Positions 25,081-37,052 of a DNA stretch of 64,000 nt are shown piece after piece (position 1 is the first letter of the stretch; every line of letters begins with the position of its first letter). The DNA is from Chiloscyllium plagiosum (taxonomy: Eukaryota). The stretch covers positions 43,734,349-43,798,348 of the forward strand of contig NC_057713.1 in assembly GCF_004010195.1 (NCBI RefSeq), written 5' to 3'. Made by a program: the position numbers and the translations under genes. A model generated the notes under the pieces. It saw only the letters and a list, made by a program, of their open reading frames with translations, was not told where the DNA came from and did no database searches.

Positions 25081-26040
25081 ATTTAGTCCCATTTGCCAGC
25101 ATTTGGCATAATTTCCTCTAAATTCATGTAATCATTCATGTACCCATCCAGATGCCTTGTAAATGTTATAATTGTAGTAGCCTCCACAACCTACCTCCGG
25201 CAGCTCATTCCAAACATGCACCACCCTCAGTGTGAAAAAGTTGCTGTTTGGTCCTTTTTAAATCTTTTCCCTTTCATCTTAAACCTATGCCCTCGAGTTT
25301 TGGACTTCCTCACCCTGAGGAGAAGACCTTGGCTATTTGACCTATCCAACTCCCTCATGGTTTTATAAACTGCTATAAGGTCACCCCTCAGCCTTTGACA
25401 TTCCAGGGAAATTAGCCTCAGCTCAAATCCTCCATCTCTGGCAATATCCTTGTAAATCTTTTCTGAAACCTTTCAGTATTCACAATATCCTTCCTATAGC
25501 GGAGAGACCAGAATTGAATGCAGTATTCCAAAAACAGCCTAACCAATGCCCTGCACAGCTGCAACATGACCTCCCAACTCTTTTATTCAATACACTAACC
25601 ATTAAAGGAAAGCATACCACACACTTTCTCTACTATCCTGACTACCTACCAACTTTCAAGGAACTGTGATCCTGCACTCCAAGGTCTCTTTGTTCAGCAA
25701 CACTCCCCAGGACCTTATTATTAAGTGAATAAGTCCTACCCTGGTTTCCAAAATGCAGCACCTCACATTTATCTAAGTTAAACTCCATCTGTCAATTCCT
25801 TGGCCCATCTGATCAAGGTCCTGTTGTACTCTGAGGTAACTTTCTTCACTGTCCACTTCACCATCCATTTTGGTGTCATCTGCAAACTTACTAACTATAC
25901 CTCCTACGCTCACATTCAAATCACTTATGAGAATGACAAAAAGCAGTGAACCCAGCACTAATTCTTGTGGCAAACTGCTGGTCACAAGCCTCCAGTCTGT
26001 AAAGCAACACTCCACCATCACCCTCTGTTTCCTATCTTTG
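25080..26040 (-). mobile_element. CR1-clade (HER1-like) LINE 3' portion
   Basis: ORF 25773-26063: RKQRVMVE...PQELVLGSLLFVI...SKFADDTK...QQDLDQ. Confidence 0.88.
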
Positions 26041-26069
26041 AGTGTGTTGTTCTTAGCTGTCAAATCTCA

Positions 26070-27450
26070 GTTTCCCCATTAGTAAAACATTGTGTAGTTG
26101 CAGAACACCTTTCCTTTAGTAAACATTTTGATTTCAATTTTCAGGAAAGAGCTTCTGGTTTGTGTGAGCAGGCTGATGTTACTCTATGATTCAGTAACAA
26201 TCTTCAGTTCAGATTTATGAGTGTGGGCTCATTTCTCGCCCTCTTCTTGATCCGATTCAGTGAGTCAATTTATTTGTTTTGGGTACTGCCATTTCATGTA
26301 GGTTTAAGTTTTTTATGTCTATGTGTTCTCAAATTGATCGACATGTTCCAGGATATGGATATTTTGCTTTCTTTCCCTTCTCATCTCTATGCCTGATAAC
26401 TCATTTATTATCCTCATTCATTGTTGGGTACATCCTTCATCCACAAGCTCTGAAGTTTGATTCATTAAAAGGATATTTCTATCTGACTGTGGACTTTTTC
26501 TCTGTTTGTTGTGCATTTGTTTGTTGTTCTTCATCAATCCTGCTACCTTTATTTTGCCTTAGTTGGATACCCACTGAGGCAGCCAGACTTTTCAGCTGTC
26601 TACTCATAGCTTCATGTGTTCTGGCAGTGTCTACAGCCTGCTATATTGTGAACTTGTCCTTTCCAATCAAATTTTTTTATACTTCAGAATGTGTAGAACC
26701 CCAAATGAGCTGATCAATCAGCCTTTCGTCTGTTTCCAAAAATTAACATTTTCATGCTACATATTTCAATGTGGCTCCTGCCTTCGGCTCTGAAATTTAT
26801 ATTGTAGGATCCATTGATTTGACTTTGGCTGGTGATGCATGCTGAATTTTTTAAACATTTTGTCTCAGTTCTCACTGTAATCTTCACTCAGTTCACAACT
26901 ATTAAAAGAAATTTAACTCTTTCTATCCTGCCCACATAAAGATGCAGTTGACACTTTCTTCTTCACTGGCAAATGGGATTAGGTTAATTTAGGACATCTG
27001 GTCGGCATGGACGAGTTGGACTGAAGGGTCTGTTTCCGTGCTGTAAATCTCCATGGTTCTATGACTCTATGATGACTTTTAAAAATTTCTCAAATGCCTC
27101 TTTAATATCGTCAGCTTCCCAATTCTTCATGACCTGGATTTGTGTGTTCATTACTGCAAAGACAAATGTTGATTTCATACAGTCCATTATGTTTTTTTTC
27201 CTCTCTGGCACTAATATGGGTTAATCATTTGTATAATCATGTTATTATTACTAAATCCATCTGAATTCTTGCTTTTATTCACAAACATCCAACATCACCA
27301 TTACCATCTTCTGGTTCTCTGAAGTTCAAATTAATCAGAGTTTTACTTCAAAATGGTGGAACTTCATCATTACCTGTCTTTTAGCTCTTTATGTGGCTGG
27401 TGAACTGATAAACTGTTGCTCAACTCCTGACTGCAGTGCAGTAGTAAACA
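26070..27450 (-). mobile_element. Degraded LTR-retrotransposon gag-like remnant
   Basis: Minus-strand KNLIGKDKFT..AVDTARTHEAMSRQLKSL followed by a decayed Cys-rich knuckle-like stretch; interrupted by a tiny CR1 3' end at ~26975-27073. Confidence 0.4.
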
Positions 27451-29763
27451 TGACATCACAAATGTATATTCAGTGATGAAATCTGTAGTTTCAAAGGCAA
27501 ACTGAAATATAGAACAGAGAAAAGAAACTAAGCCTCCAGCTTCAAAGTTTGGAAATGGTGGAAACCATGTAGCAGGAGAGCTTCTATAATAGAGTTTAGA
27601 TGGCGATCCAAGTGGTTCAATGCAGGCAGGCTGAAGAAGCAAAAGGTGTGAACAAGTGGCTGAGAACAGGAAAACATTCAGATTCTGCTGCTGTTCTTGT
27701 TAACTGAAGATAAAGTTGGTGACTATACCATCCAGACCATCACAAGCAATATTAAGTACATTCTGCAGAGATATGTATTTCTGGTGAAAACCCTGCCTGT
27801 GGAACTTGAGTTGTTGTGCATTGCTCTTGCCTCGGGATTGGAAGAAGAAGTACTGAATTATTTGTGAGTAAGAGAGAATTTTGAAAGACTTTGGCTGAGA
27901 TTGCTAACATATATGCTGAGCAGATTGCCGGGTCTGATCTTAGTAAGATCTATCTTAATTGCATCTGCTACTTAATGTAAAATTTATAATTTATAATTGA
28001 CCACAATTTGCCTGTTAATATGTGTTTAACTCACATGAACTCTGGGTTTTAAGATACGGGTGGTTACCCATGATAGTATTTAATGCTTATTTTGTTTGAC
28101 TCTTGCACTATAAAAGATCTTTGTTTTAAACTATGGAATCTTGTGGCTTCATCATTTCAGTAACTAACTGGGATTTCAGATTGCCTATTTTTAAAAAAAG
28201 TTACCAATCTTTACCAAGATTATAACAATTTGTATAACAATTAGTTTCTTGCTCTTTATGAATTATATAACAGTATAATACTATTTCATATTGATAGCCT
28301 CTAGTTTTCCTGTTTCCCTCAGGTGGAAATTGTTTCTCTAGGTACTCTATCAAAACATTTTATAATTCTGAAGACGTATCCTAAGTTACCCCTCAGCTTT
28401 TTATTTCCAAATGAAAACAGACCTCTCCTGTTAATCGATTCCTTAAAACTTTACAGTCGATTCTATTCTCATAAATCTTTATTTGCATTCTCTCTAGTGT
28501 CCCTACATCCCTTTTATAGAATGAAAGCCAGACTGCAGACAGTACACCAAGTGCAAGATAGTTAATTAAATAAGCCTGAATTAATGTTTTTATTTTGACT
28601 ATATACTACACATTAATGTCAAGGCCACAATGAACATTGCTTAAAAGCACAAACATTCTCTGAAAGCATACCCGGTTATAAAGAACACACTGAGACATGT
28701 AGAAATATTACATGAAAACTTGTTCGTGCATTTGAAACCCATTGAGATTAAAGGGGCAACAGTAACATGGATACAAAATTGCATAAGGGACAGAAAGTAA
28801 AAAATGATGCTGAATATTTGTTTTTCAGACTGGAGAAAATTACACAGTAGTTTGCTCAGCATCAGTACCACTGCTGTATAAAATATATGTTAATGATCTG
28901 GAGTTGGGTATACAAGGCACAATTGCCAATATTCAAAACTTGCAGATGGTAAGATGACAACATATTCTGGGAGTGGATATGCACAAATCTTTGAAGGTGG
29001 CAGGCCAAATTCTTTTTTTAAAAAAAGTGCTTTGAATCCTAGGTAAATAGTACTTAAAAACTATTACAACACAGGAGATGGCAATTAGGCAACTCCATGA
29101 GTACCACTACCTGCAGCCCTGTGAATATTCTCTCTTCCAATTCCTTTTTCAAAGCTAGGATTGAATCTGCCTCCACCATAGTTTCAGACAGTGCATTCCA
29201 GATCCTAGCCATTTGCTATATGAAACAGCTTTTCCTCAGTTTACTTTGATAACCATATCAAAACAATATCCTGTGGTTCTTGATACTTGTACCAACAAAA
29301 ATAGTTTCTCTCTATTAACTCTGTTCGGTTCTATTGTTTTGGAAACAGAGGCATGAACAAGGAAATCATGTACTAAATAAATCACTGATTAGGCCTTAAT
29401 TGGAGTATTGTATACATTTTTGACCAACACAATTTAGGAAAGAAAATAATATTTTTTTAAAAATCAGAAGGATACTGAATAAAATGGGGTGAGAAAGGTG
29501 GCAGTTGTAGGTGAAACAAGAGAATCTGGTGCAACCTCCTGAGAACTGTGAGGTTGATGACAGAATTAATAAAGGTGTTCAATGTTTTGAAAGGGGTTGA
29601 CAAAATAAAGAAGAAACTGTTTGCAGTGACAGAAGGCTCCGTAATCACAACACATATATTTAAAGTAGCATCTTTTTGTCTAGTTTTACACAATGAATTG
29701 CCAAATTCTGGAAATCACTGCTTGAAAGTGTGGTAGAAGTAGATTTGACATTACCTTGCAAAG

Positions 29764-30001
29764 GGTAAAAACAGGGACTGCAGATGCTGGAAACCAGAGC
29801 CTAGATTAGAGTGGTACTGGAAAAGCACAGCAGGTCGGGCAGCATCCGAGCAGCAGGAAAATCGATGTTTTGGGCAAAAGCCCTTCATCAGGAATAGAGC
29901 TCTATTCCTGATGAAGGGCTTTTGCCCGAAATGTCGATTTTCCTGATCCTCAGATGCTGCCTGACCTGCTGTGCTTTTCCAGTACCACTCTAATCTAGAC
30001 C
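29764..30001. mobile_element. Near-perfect inverted PLE pLTR pair, 15-bp TSD, nested in CR1
   Basis: Arms meet at the palindrome gaatagagctctattc; TSD cattaccttgcaaag at 29749-29763 and 30002-30016. Confidence 0.9.
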
Positions 30002-31324
30002 CATTACCTTGCAAAGTTGAATTGTAAAATTTTTGGAGGGAGAAAATATGCAGGACTAGAGAAAGTGCAGACTGGGACTAACACAAAACGAGAATATTGC
30101 AGGTTGAGGAAAGGAGTACCAAAAAGGCTAGAAATGGAGTTCGTGCCTCAGGTTAATATGAATCCTTGAGTCCAGTTCTGATGAAAGGTCATCATTGACA
30201 CAAAGCATTAACTTCTTTTCTCTCCACAGAAGCTGCCTAACCTGCTGAGTATTTCCAGCATTTTCTGTTGTTATATTGTTGAATGGATCTTTCAAAGTAC
30301 TAGCACAGGCATGGTTTCTTTTGAGCTAAACCATTCTATAGCTTGTCTAGTTTGTGATCATTCTTTTATCTGATAAAATACAAACATGAAGAAGGTACTC
30401 AGGTAGTCTAATTAATGCATCACATCCAGCCCATTTCGATATGGCTTAATCAAAAATGCCATTTTCCTTACCCACTAATCTTGTGATTTCCCAGAAAGAT
30501 ATCTGCAAGATATGTATTGATTTTCTCCTTTTTTTAGATTCACATAAAATTGAACTCTTACAAAAGGTGGTATGCCACAGCTAGAGTTCTCTTGGGCAAC
30601 TTTAATATCATTCCACAATTTCTCTTGTCTCTGATGTAGCTGAAAAATGTGAGAAACACCAGAGTCTGATGCTCCAACTCAGTCTTCCATTTCCTGAGGA
30701 GTTAGTAAGTTGGAAATCAAAGGAGGGAAGGAAGAATAGATGGTCAGATTAAAGTTTTTTTCTGAAGGAGGAATATATTACTTTCTTTTCATCAAAACTG
30801 CCCATGTATTCTTGGAGTGCAACACTGGAGTACAAAGAAGGCTGGCCTTCGTTGTAGTAAGCACTTTAGACGAGAACAAATATATTCTAGGTAGCTCTAG
30901 CCAATTTATCTAGAAAACAATTTTTAGTAAAAATATAAGGATAACTGCAAAGATATCTGTAAACAGAATGTTCTTTGATTTGTTTTTGAGGTTATAACAC
31001 CACAAAAAGCACTACAAATCACCTCATCGGTGTCTGTAGACAAGTCCAACATGACACAAATCACGATTAAAATGGAATAAATGTAACACATCTTAGCATG
31101 TGCATCTTGAATTCTGTGCTCTACTTCCTATTCATCAAGAGGCAGACACAAAAGAAAAATTCTATTGTAGGTAAAACATGACAGATACTCGAAGCAGGAA
31201 CTTGCACATTTTCATTCTCCCAAAAAGTGAATCACTAATGAGTTAACATTAAAACTGAACAAAAATGGCATTTTTGAAACAAGAATCATATAAAATGAAT
31301 GTTGTACTCAATGGATTGAGAATA

Positions 31325-31543
31325 TAGCTAGTTCTGCTATGACGCATTTTTCATTAACGCAAATTGGCTGTAATGCGATTAGATGAATGCGAAATGCTTG
31401 TATTAAAACGCGAACTTTTAAAGCGTGAGTTGGCTATAAGGTGATTACATCACCAAGACTTTAAGTGTATTTGTATTGTGCAATTTTTGTATAGCATAGG
31501 GTTGCACAAGAATGCAACTACCGCGTAATAGCAGAACCACCTG
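31325..31543. mobile_element. Tigger/pogo-like MITE
   Basis: Terminal inverted repeats tagctagttctgctatgacgca / cgcgtaatagcagaaccacctg (17 of 22 match); TA on the left flank. Confidence 0.65.
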
Positions 31544-31687
31544 TTTTGGAAATATGTTATCTGTAAATCTGCAAATAGTCTATTCTTTATCATTGTGAGT
31601 TCCTCAAAACACAACCCAAAACATATGTTATCTGCAGTTCATGAAGTTGGTCTTCATTTCTTCATGTTGTTTTGTTATACTACTCAT

Positions 31688-31759
31688 GGAATTGCTATCC
31701 CATAAAAACTGATGACCTGATTTACGGAATTGCTATCCCATAGAACTGATGACCTGATT
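31688..31759. repeat. Tandem duplication (~37-bp unit) spanning the LRRC69 stop codon
   Basis: ggaattgctatcccata(aa/g)aactgatgacctgatt occurs twice. Confidence 0.9.
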
Positions 31760-31832
31760 CATTAAAACATTTGTACGAACAAAGCAACGCTCGGATGGGA
31801 ACAACGTGAACAGGACTAGTTATGCTAATTTT
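31722..31832 (-). CDS. LRRC69: Terminal coding exon of LRRC69-like gene (KISITSPVHVVPIRALLCSYKCFNESGHQFYGIAIP*)
   Basis: Pyrimidine-rich acceptor tttttatctttcag|; 111 bp in frame with the previous exon; ends in TAA. VP..LLCSYKCF...GIA matches the recalled LRRC69 end (VPLQVLICSYKCF...FGIA). Not in the ORF track. Confidence 0.87.
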   Translation of the reverse strand, partial: KISITSPVHVVPIRALLCSYKCFNESGHQFYGIAIP

Positions 31833-31852
31833 CTGAAAGATAAAAATGGAAT

Positions 31853-31889
31853 ATAAATCACAAAACAATAAATCACAAAACAATAAATC
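31853..31889. repeat. 15-bp tandem repeat (~2.5 copies) at the 3' end of the last intron
   Basis: ataaatcacaaaaca x2 plus ataaatc. Confidence 0.85.
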
Positions 31890-33164
31890 TCCAGAGAAAA
31901 GAAACTTCTTATATTAAATCCAAAGTATATATTACAGGAAATTTTCCCTTGAATTATTAAAACACTTGTTATGAAGTAGTCAAACATTATGTAGTGAGAA
32001 AGACTCACATTATGTTGGCAATGATGAATAGAGTTGTTAAAATTTGCACGTTTTGCTACATTCTCATTCGGTTTCCATTTCTCACATCCAGGCATATATC
32101 TACAAACAATGTTGTCATTATGTAAAAATCTAAAAAAGATGTAAATTGACTAATGGCCGAGAAACACATTGACTCTGAATTTCTCCAGACCAATCATTCA
32201 GTCCTAAGTTCCAAATGTAGCTGTTGGTTACCTACGGTGCTAAACCATGTAAAGTATGTCAAATGAGTGGCATATTACCGAAAGATAATAGTTTAATACC
32301 TGAAGTAATACTGGCAAATAATGAATGCTCATGTTACTATTCTGTATGTATTTCCTTGAAATTCCCAGCAAATGATCCCAAATCAGAAACACTGTTTAAA
32401 TAGCTTATCAGCGCTTATTAATAGGGCAAGAAATTATGTTAATAGCTTATTATATTAATATTAAATCTGAGAGATTTAAATCTATCAACTTCATGACTGA
32501 GGCCAGTACTCCAAGGTGGACTCAACATCAACTCGGCACCAAATTTATCTTCATTCAGAGTCTGTGCTGCCTTTGATATGAAATTCATGTTAAGGTAGGA
32601 GGCCATTTTATCAAAAGAAAAGTGTAAATGGAAATTTATGGAGGAAGTCAAGACTCACAGGAAGTTTGTTAGTCCCAAAAAGTGCAAAGATTGGCTGGTT
32701 TGAGTGTTAGCTACGTGGCAGCCAGAATTTGGGATGGACAGAAGACAATCAGAAGAGATGTAAGCAATGAATGGTATTGGCTCCAAGTTAATTCAAAGCT
32801 TGAAGAAGTATTACTACTCATTCCAACTCCTCAATAATATAAGCAAAAAAAACCACTTATCTTTAGAGGGGAACCTCGAGCAGTAACTTAAAAATACTGA
32901 ATTTACTACCACACATCTAAGAATACTGACACATGCTGCAGTCAGTGAATAATAAATGTTTAGTTGAGGTTTCACCAAATCCCCTATTTTCACGTTTAAA
33001 GATCTAATATCTATTTCATAGATGACCCCTGAATGCTTATTCAGAGAAGTATTTGCAGTACAGAAAGTGGTGCACTTCCAGGACGTATCACATACAAACA
33101 TAAGATCTGCCATATTGAATGCATAGTTAATGTCTCTTGGAATTTTTGTAAGCTTCTACTCTGT

Positions 33165-33360
33165 ATTCAGTTGGCTGAATGGCTGATTTGTGATGCAGAG
33201 TAATGCAACAACTTAGGTTCAGCTTCCCATGGTAGCTGAGGTTACCATGAAGGACCTCTCCCCTTTCCTAATGTGTGGTGACTTTCTGGTTAAAACCATC
33301 ACCAGTTGTCTTTCTCTAATGAGAGAAGAGCCCTATTGTCTGGTAGGACTATAACAACTT
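33165..33360 (+). mobile_element. Old tRNA-derived SINE-like repeat
   Basis: Degenerate A/B boxes; related copies at ~19790-19990 and ~48985-49110 (gctcagtt...ggttcaattcc...gctgagg). Confidence 0.5.
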
Positions 33361-33460
33361 TATCTTAATTGTAGTTTTTTAATCCTTGCATTCATCCAAA
33401 TACTGTTCATTTAATTCTATATACATATACATTATGTATTAATTTCAACAAAATATTTAC

Positions 33461-33634
33461 CTTTGCTAGATCAACAAAGCTCACACATTCAAGCCAGGTG
33501 TTCAGAAAGCTACGTTTACATACAGCGCACAAACTTGCATGAGCCAATATTTTTCTTGCTTCTGGATAATGTTCAAGAGCTTCAGAGAGTGAATTACCAC
33601 TCAGTCCATTCAAGATATAGCGTGCTGTAATTTC
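33461..33634 (-). CDS. LRRC69: Penultimate coding exon of a leucine-rich repeat-containing protein 69-like gene (EITARYILNG...LCAVCKRSFLNTWLECVSFVDLAK)
   Basis: 174 bp (58 codons), open, phase 0/0, bounded by ...ttgaag| acceptor and AAG|gtaaat donor. The CxxC...WLECV motif matches my recollection of the vertebrate LRRC69 C-terminus (EITSRF...CAICGQYFITVWLECVRFV). Confidence 0.85.
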
Positions 33635-34024
33635 CTTCAATTTCAAAAGAGAATACAGTTAGATAAGCAACTAGGAATGACATACTGATACTTTGCTATA
33701 AAGACCAACATCAGAACCCAAGTCAAATTCCGTAAGTGCTAGTTTTAATTCATGGTTTAAGCTCATAACTGTGAGAAATGGAAATTTAACATTAAGAATA
33801 AAGCTCTCTGGTGATTTCATCAAGTAGCAAATGAGGTAAAATAGATTGGATAGATGAGACAGTATGAAGCATTTCCTCTAGGTTAGGTACGGGAGTAAAA
33901 TCAACCAGAGTATATATTCTCAATTGTTACCTAATGATTTTTAGTCTGAATTCTTAGTGTTGATGTTGGAGTGAAAGGACCAGGCTTTATATGATGCCTA
34001 TCAGGTAACCCATCAATTATGTTT

Positions 34025-34178
34025 AACTAGGTAAAAGTGAGTACTGCAGATACTGGAAACCAGAGTCTAGATTAGAGTGGTGCTTCATCAGGAAGGGCTT
34101 TTGCCTGAAACATTGATTTTCCTGCTCCTCAAATGCTGCCTGACCTGCTGTGCTTTTCCAGCACCACTCTAACCTAGA
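34025..34178. mobile_element. Rearranged inverted PLE pLTR pair, 14-bp TSD
   Basis: TSD catcaattatgttt at 34011-34024 and 34179-34192; the minus arm is internally deleted. Confidence 0.85.
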
Positions 34179-35299
34179 CATCAATTATGTTTGCCAACTT
34201 TCTTCATATATATTCTTTGAAACAGTCAAACATCTTGCTAGTCAAATACCATTTTATCCATGAGCTCAATTCTTTTTAACAAACAGCCAAAAATATTTTG
34301 AAAAATAATAAAACAGTTATCCACTTGAGTTACATTTCAGTAGTGTCTTGACTTTCTGGAGATGAGGCGCTGACTACATTAACTCAAAAAAACCCCACTT
34401 TACAGAGGTACAGTAGTCAACACTGGTGGCAGTATACTTGCACCTCAGTCAGGCTGCCACAATGGCAAGGGCACAAAATATGGTCTGGGTGAGGGGCTCC
34501 AGTGTCCATCACCAAGAGTAGCTTGATAGCACCACCATACAGAGCTAATCTAATCCGAAAGGACATAGATACTAAACCTGATTTGAGCAGGTGGAAAATC
34601 ATGCTTGACCTTGTTCTCCCAAAATCTGCAGCAGATGTACCCAATAGTATCATTAGGATTGATTGCTGCCAATTATTGTGGAGACTTAAAAATGAGATGT
34701 AAGTTAGATCACAAGACTATCTGTAGGTCAAACAGAATAAGTAGCGTGTGAAAGACGGAGGTAAAAGATCTCACAGCCAACAGATCAGATCTTCTATCGC
34801 CAATTAGTTATATAAATAGTAAAGGTCAATTAGGGATGGGAAACAAATATTAGATGAGCCAGCCATGCTCATATCATGTGAATGAATAAATACAAATGAG
34901 TCTAGTTGTCAAGGTGAGCAGGGAAGTGAGCCCTGTGTGTCAGTGCAGACCACAAATTTGTTTGAATCTAAATTTCACAAATTCTTGATCAAACAATCAG
35001 AATGCAAATAAAAACATATCTTCATGTTAACAGAGTTAGCTTTTTAAGTCCAGTATGATTCTTTTGCAAGATTAGGCATATTGGACTTGAAATGATAATT
35101 CTATTGTTTGTTTTACAGATGCTGGTAGACTGGACAAATTTATCCTTTTTTTTTTGTTCACCTTCAAAGCCTTGGACTGAAACTTACAATATTATAGTTG
35201 TGTCATTTTCACCAAGTTTCATTGAATGTTTCTCTATTGATAAGATCGAGTGACTTGTGTCACATTATTTTTGCAAACTGTCCTCATTTACTTCCTACC

Positions 35300-36580
35300 A
35301 TGCCATTGGCATCTACCAGACAATGTAGAAAATTGCCCAGGTATGTCCTGTACATAAAAAGCAAGACAACTCCAACCCAGCCAATTACGACTCTATCAGT
35401 CTACTCTCGGTCATCAATAAAGTGATGGAAGGTGTCATCAATAGTGCTATCCAACAGCACCTGCTCAGCAATAACCTGGTCAGTGATGCCCAGTGTGGGT
35501 TGCACCAGGGCCACTTAGCTCCTGACCTCATTACAGCCCAATGTTTTCACACAGAGGGTAGTGCATGTATGGAATGAGCTGCCAGAGGAAGCTTCATCAA
35601 AGCTTTATCAAGTACCTTACCTCCATCCTAAGGTTAGAAATGGGAATGTTCACAGATGATTGCACAATGTTCAACACCATACTCAACTCCTGAAATACTG
35701 AAGCAGTCCATGTTCAAATGCAACAAGATCTAGACAATATCCAGACTTGGGCTGAGAAGTGGAAGTAACATTTGGGACGCACAAATGCCAAGTAACAACC
35801 ATCTCCAATAAGAGATGATCTAACAACCATCTCTTGATATTTAATGGGATACCATCAATGAGTCCCTTACTATCAACATCTTGGGGGTAACCATTGGTCA
35901 GAAACTCAACTAGACCCACCATAAAAAAAAAGTGTCTACAACAGCAGGTCAGAGAATAGGAATTATGCAGCAAGTAGCTCACCTGACTTCCCAAAGCCAT
36001 CTACCATCTACAAGGCACAAGTCAGGAGTGTAGGGGGCCATGATTTGAAGGCTGACACTCTTTTGTATGAATCAAGGCTATAATGCGATCAGGAGGTGAG
36101 TGGCCCTAGTGAACCCAAACTGGGCAGAAGTCTCTGGAATACTCCCCATTTGCTTTGATGATGCAGCTTCAACATCACTCAAGAAGGTTGACACTACTCA
36201 GGCCAAAGCAGTCTACTTGACTGGCACCACACTCATAAGCATCCTTTCCCTCCACCACTAACATTCAGTAGCAGCAGCGTATAGTGACTACAAGATGCAC
36301 TGCAGAAATTCACCAAAGATCCTTCGCCATCATCTTTCAAACCCACAATCACTTCCACCAAAATAGACAAAGGCAGAAGAAACATGGGAACACCACCAGC
36401 TGCGACAGCATTCCTTCACTGTCAATGGGTAAAATTCCTGGAATTCCCTTCCTAAGGACATTGTGGGTCAAACTACAGTACATGGAGTTCAGCAATTGAA
36501 GAATGCAGCTCCTCACCACCATCTCAATGGTAAATAGGGACAAGCAATAAATGCTGGCCAGCCAGCATCCCACACTGAAT
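35300..36580 (+). mobile_element. CR1/L2-clade LINE (second family), RT to 3' end, internally deleted
   Basis: NPANY..ISL, MFTDDCT and IYKAQVRS motifs; 3' end ataaatgctggcc...catccc; family also at 62640-63380 (+) and 23090-23380 (-). Confidence 0.75.
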
Positions 36581-37052
36581 AAACAAAAACTGCATTACTT
36601 TCATCTCACTGCCTCCTTCTTTTCCTCTCAGTCCAGAAAAAAACAATCTACAATAGGGTAGAAAGAGCCAAGATGAGTAATAGGATGCCCAGCATTCAGC
36701 ACTTCCACCCTTAGGAGAACAGGATACTGACTGCCCGGAGTGACCATTTGGCAGTGACCAAGTAGCCGGACTGATTGTGGAGACTTTCCCGTGATTTGTT
36801 ATGTTGGGACCCTCTGAGTGATAGATGTCTCCATGGACTTCACTGAGATTCTCTTCCCTTAGACTTTGAGATATGACTGTCTGCTTGCTCCATATGCATG
36901 TTTACTACACATTAGCTTCTGGGACATGGTGACATTGTGGGATTAAGGCAGAAATGTAGCACATAGCAAGATGTCCACCCTCTTGACTGATGACTGCCGA
37001 CCGACATGACAAGCTGTGTGGTTTTGTGTCTAGAATAAAATGTATAGAATAT

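Noticed and set aside
26279-26713. 144-aa hydrophobic ORF resembling a membrane protein
   Set aside because: Antisense of an A-rich gag-like remnant; the hydrophobicity reflects T-richness.
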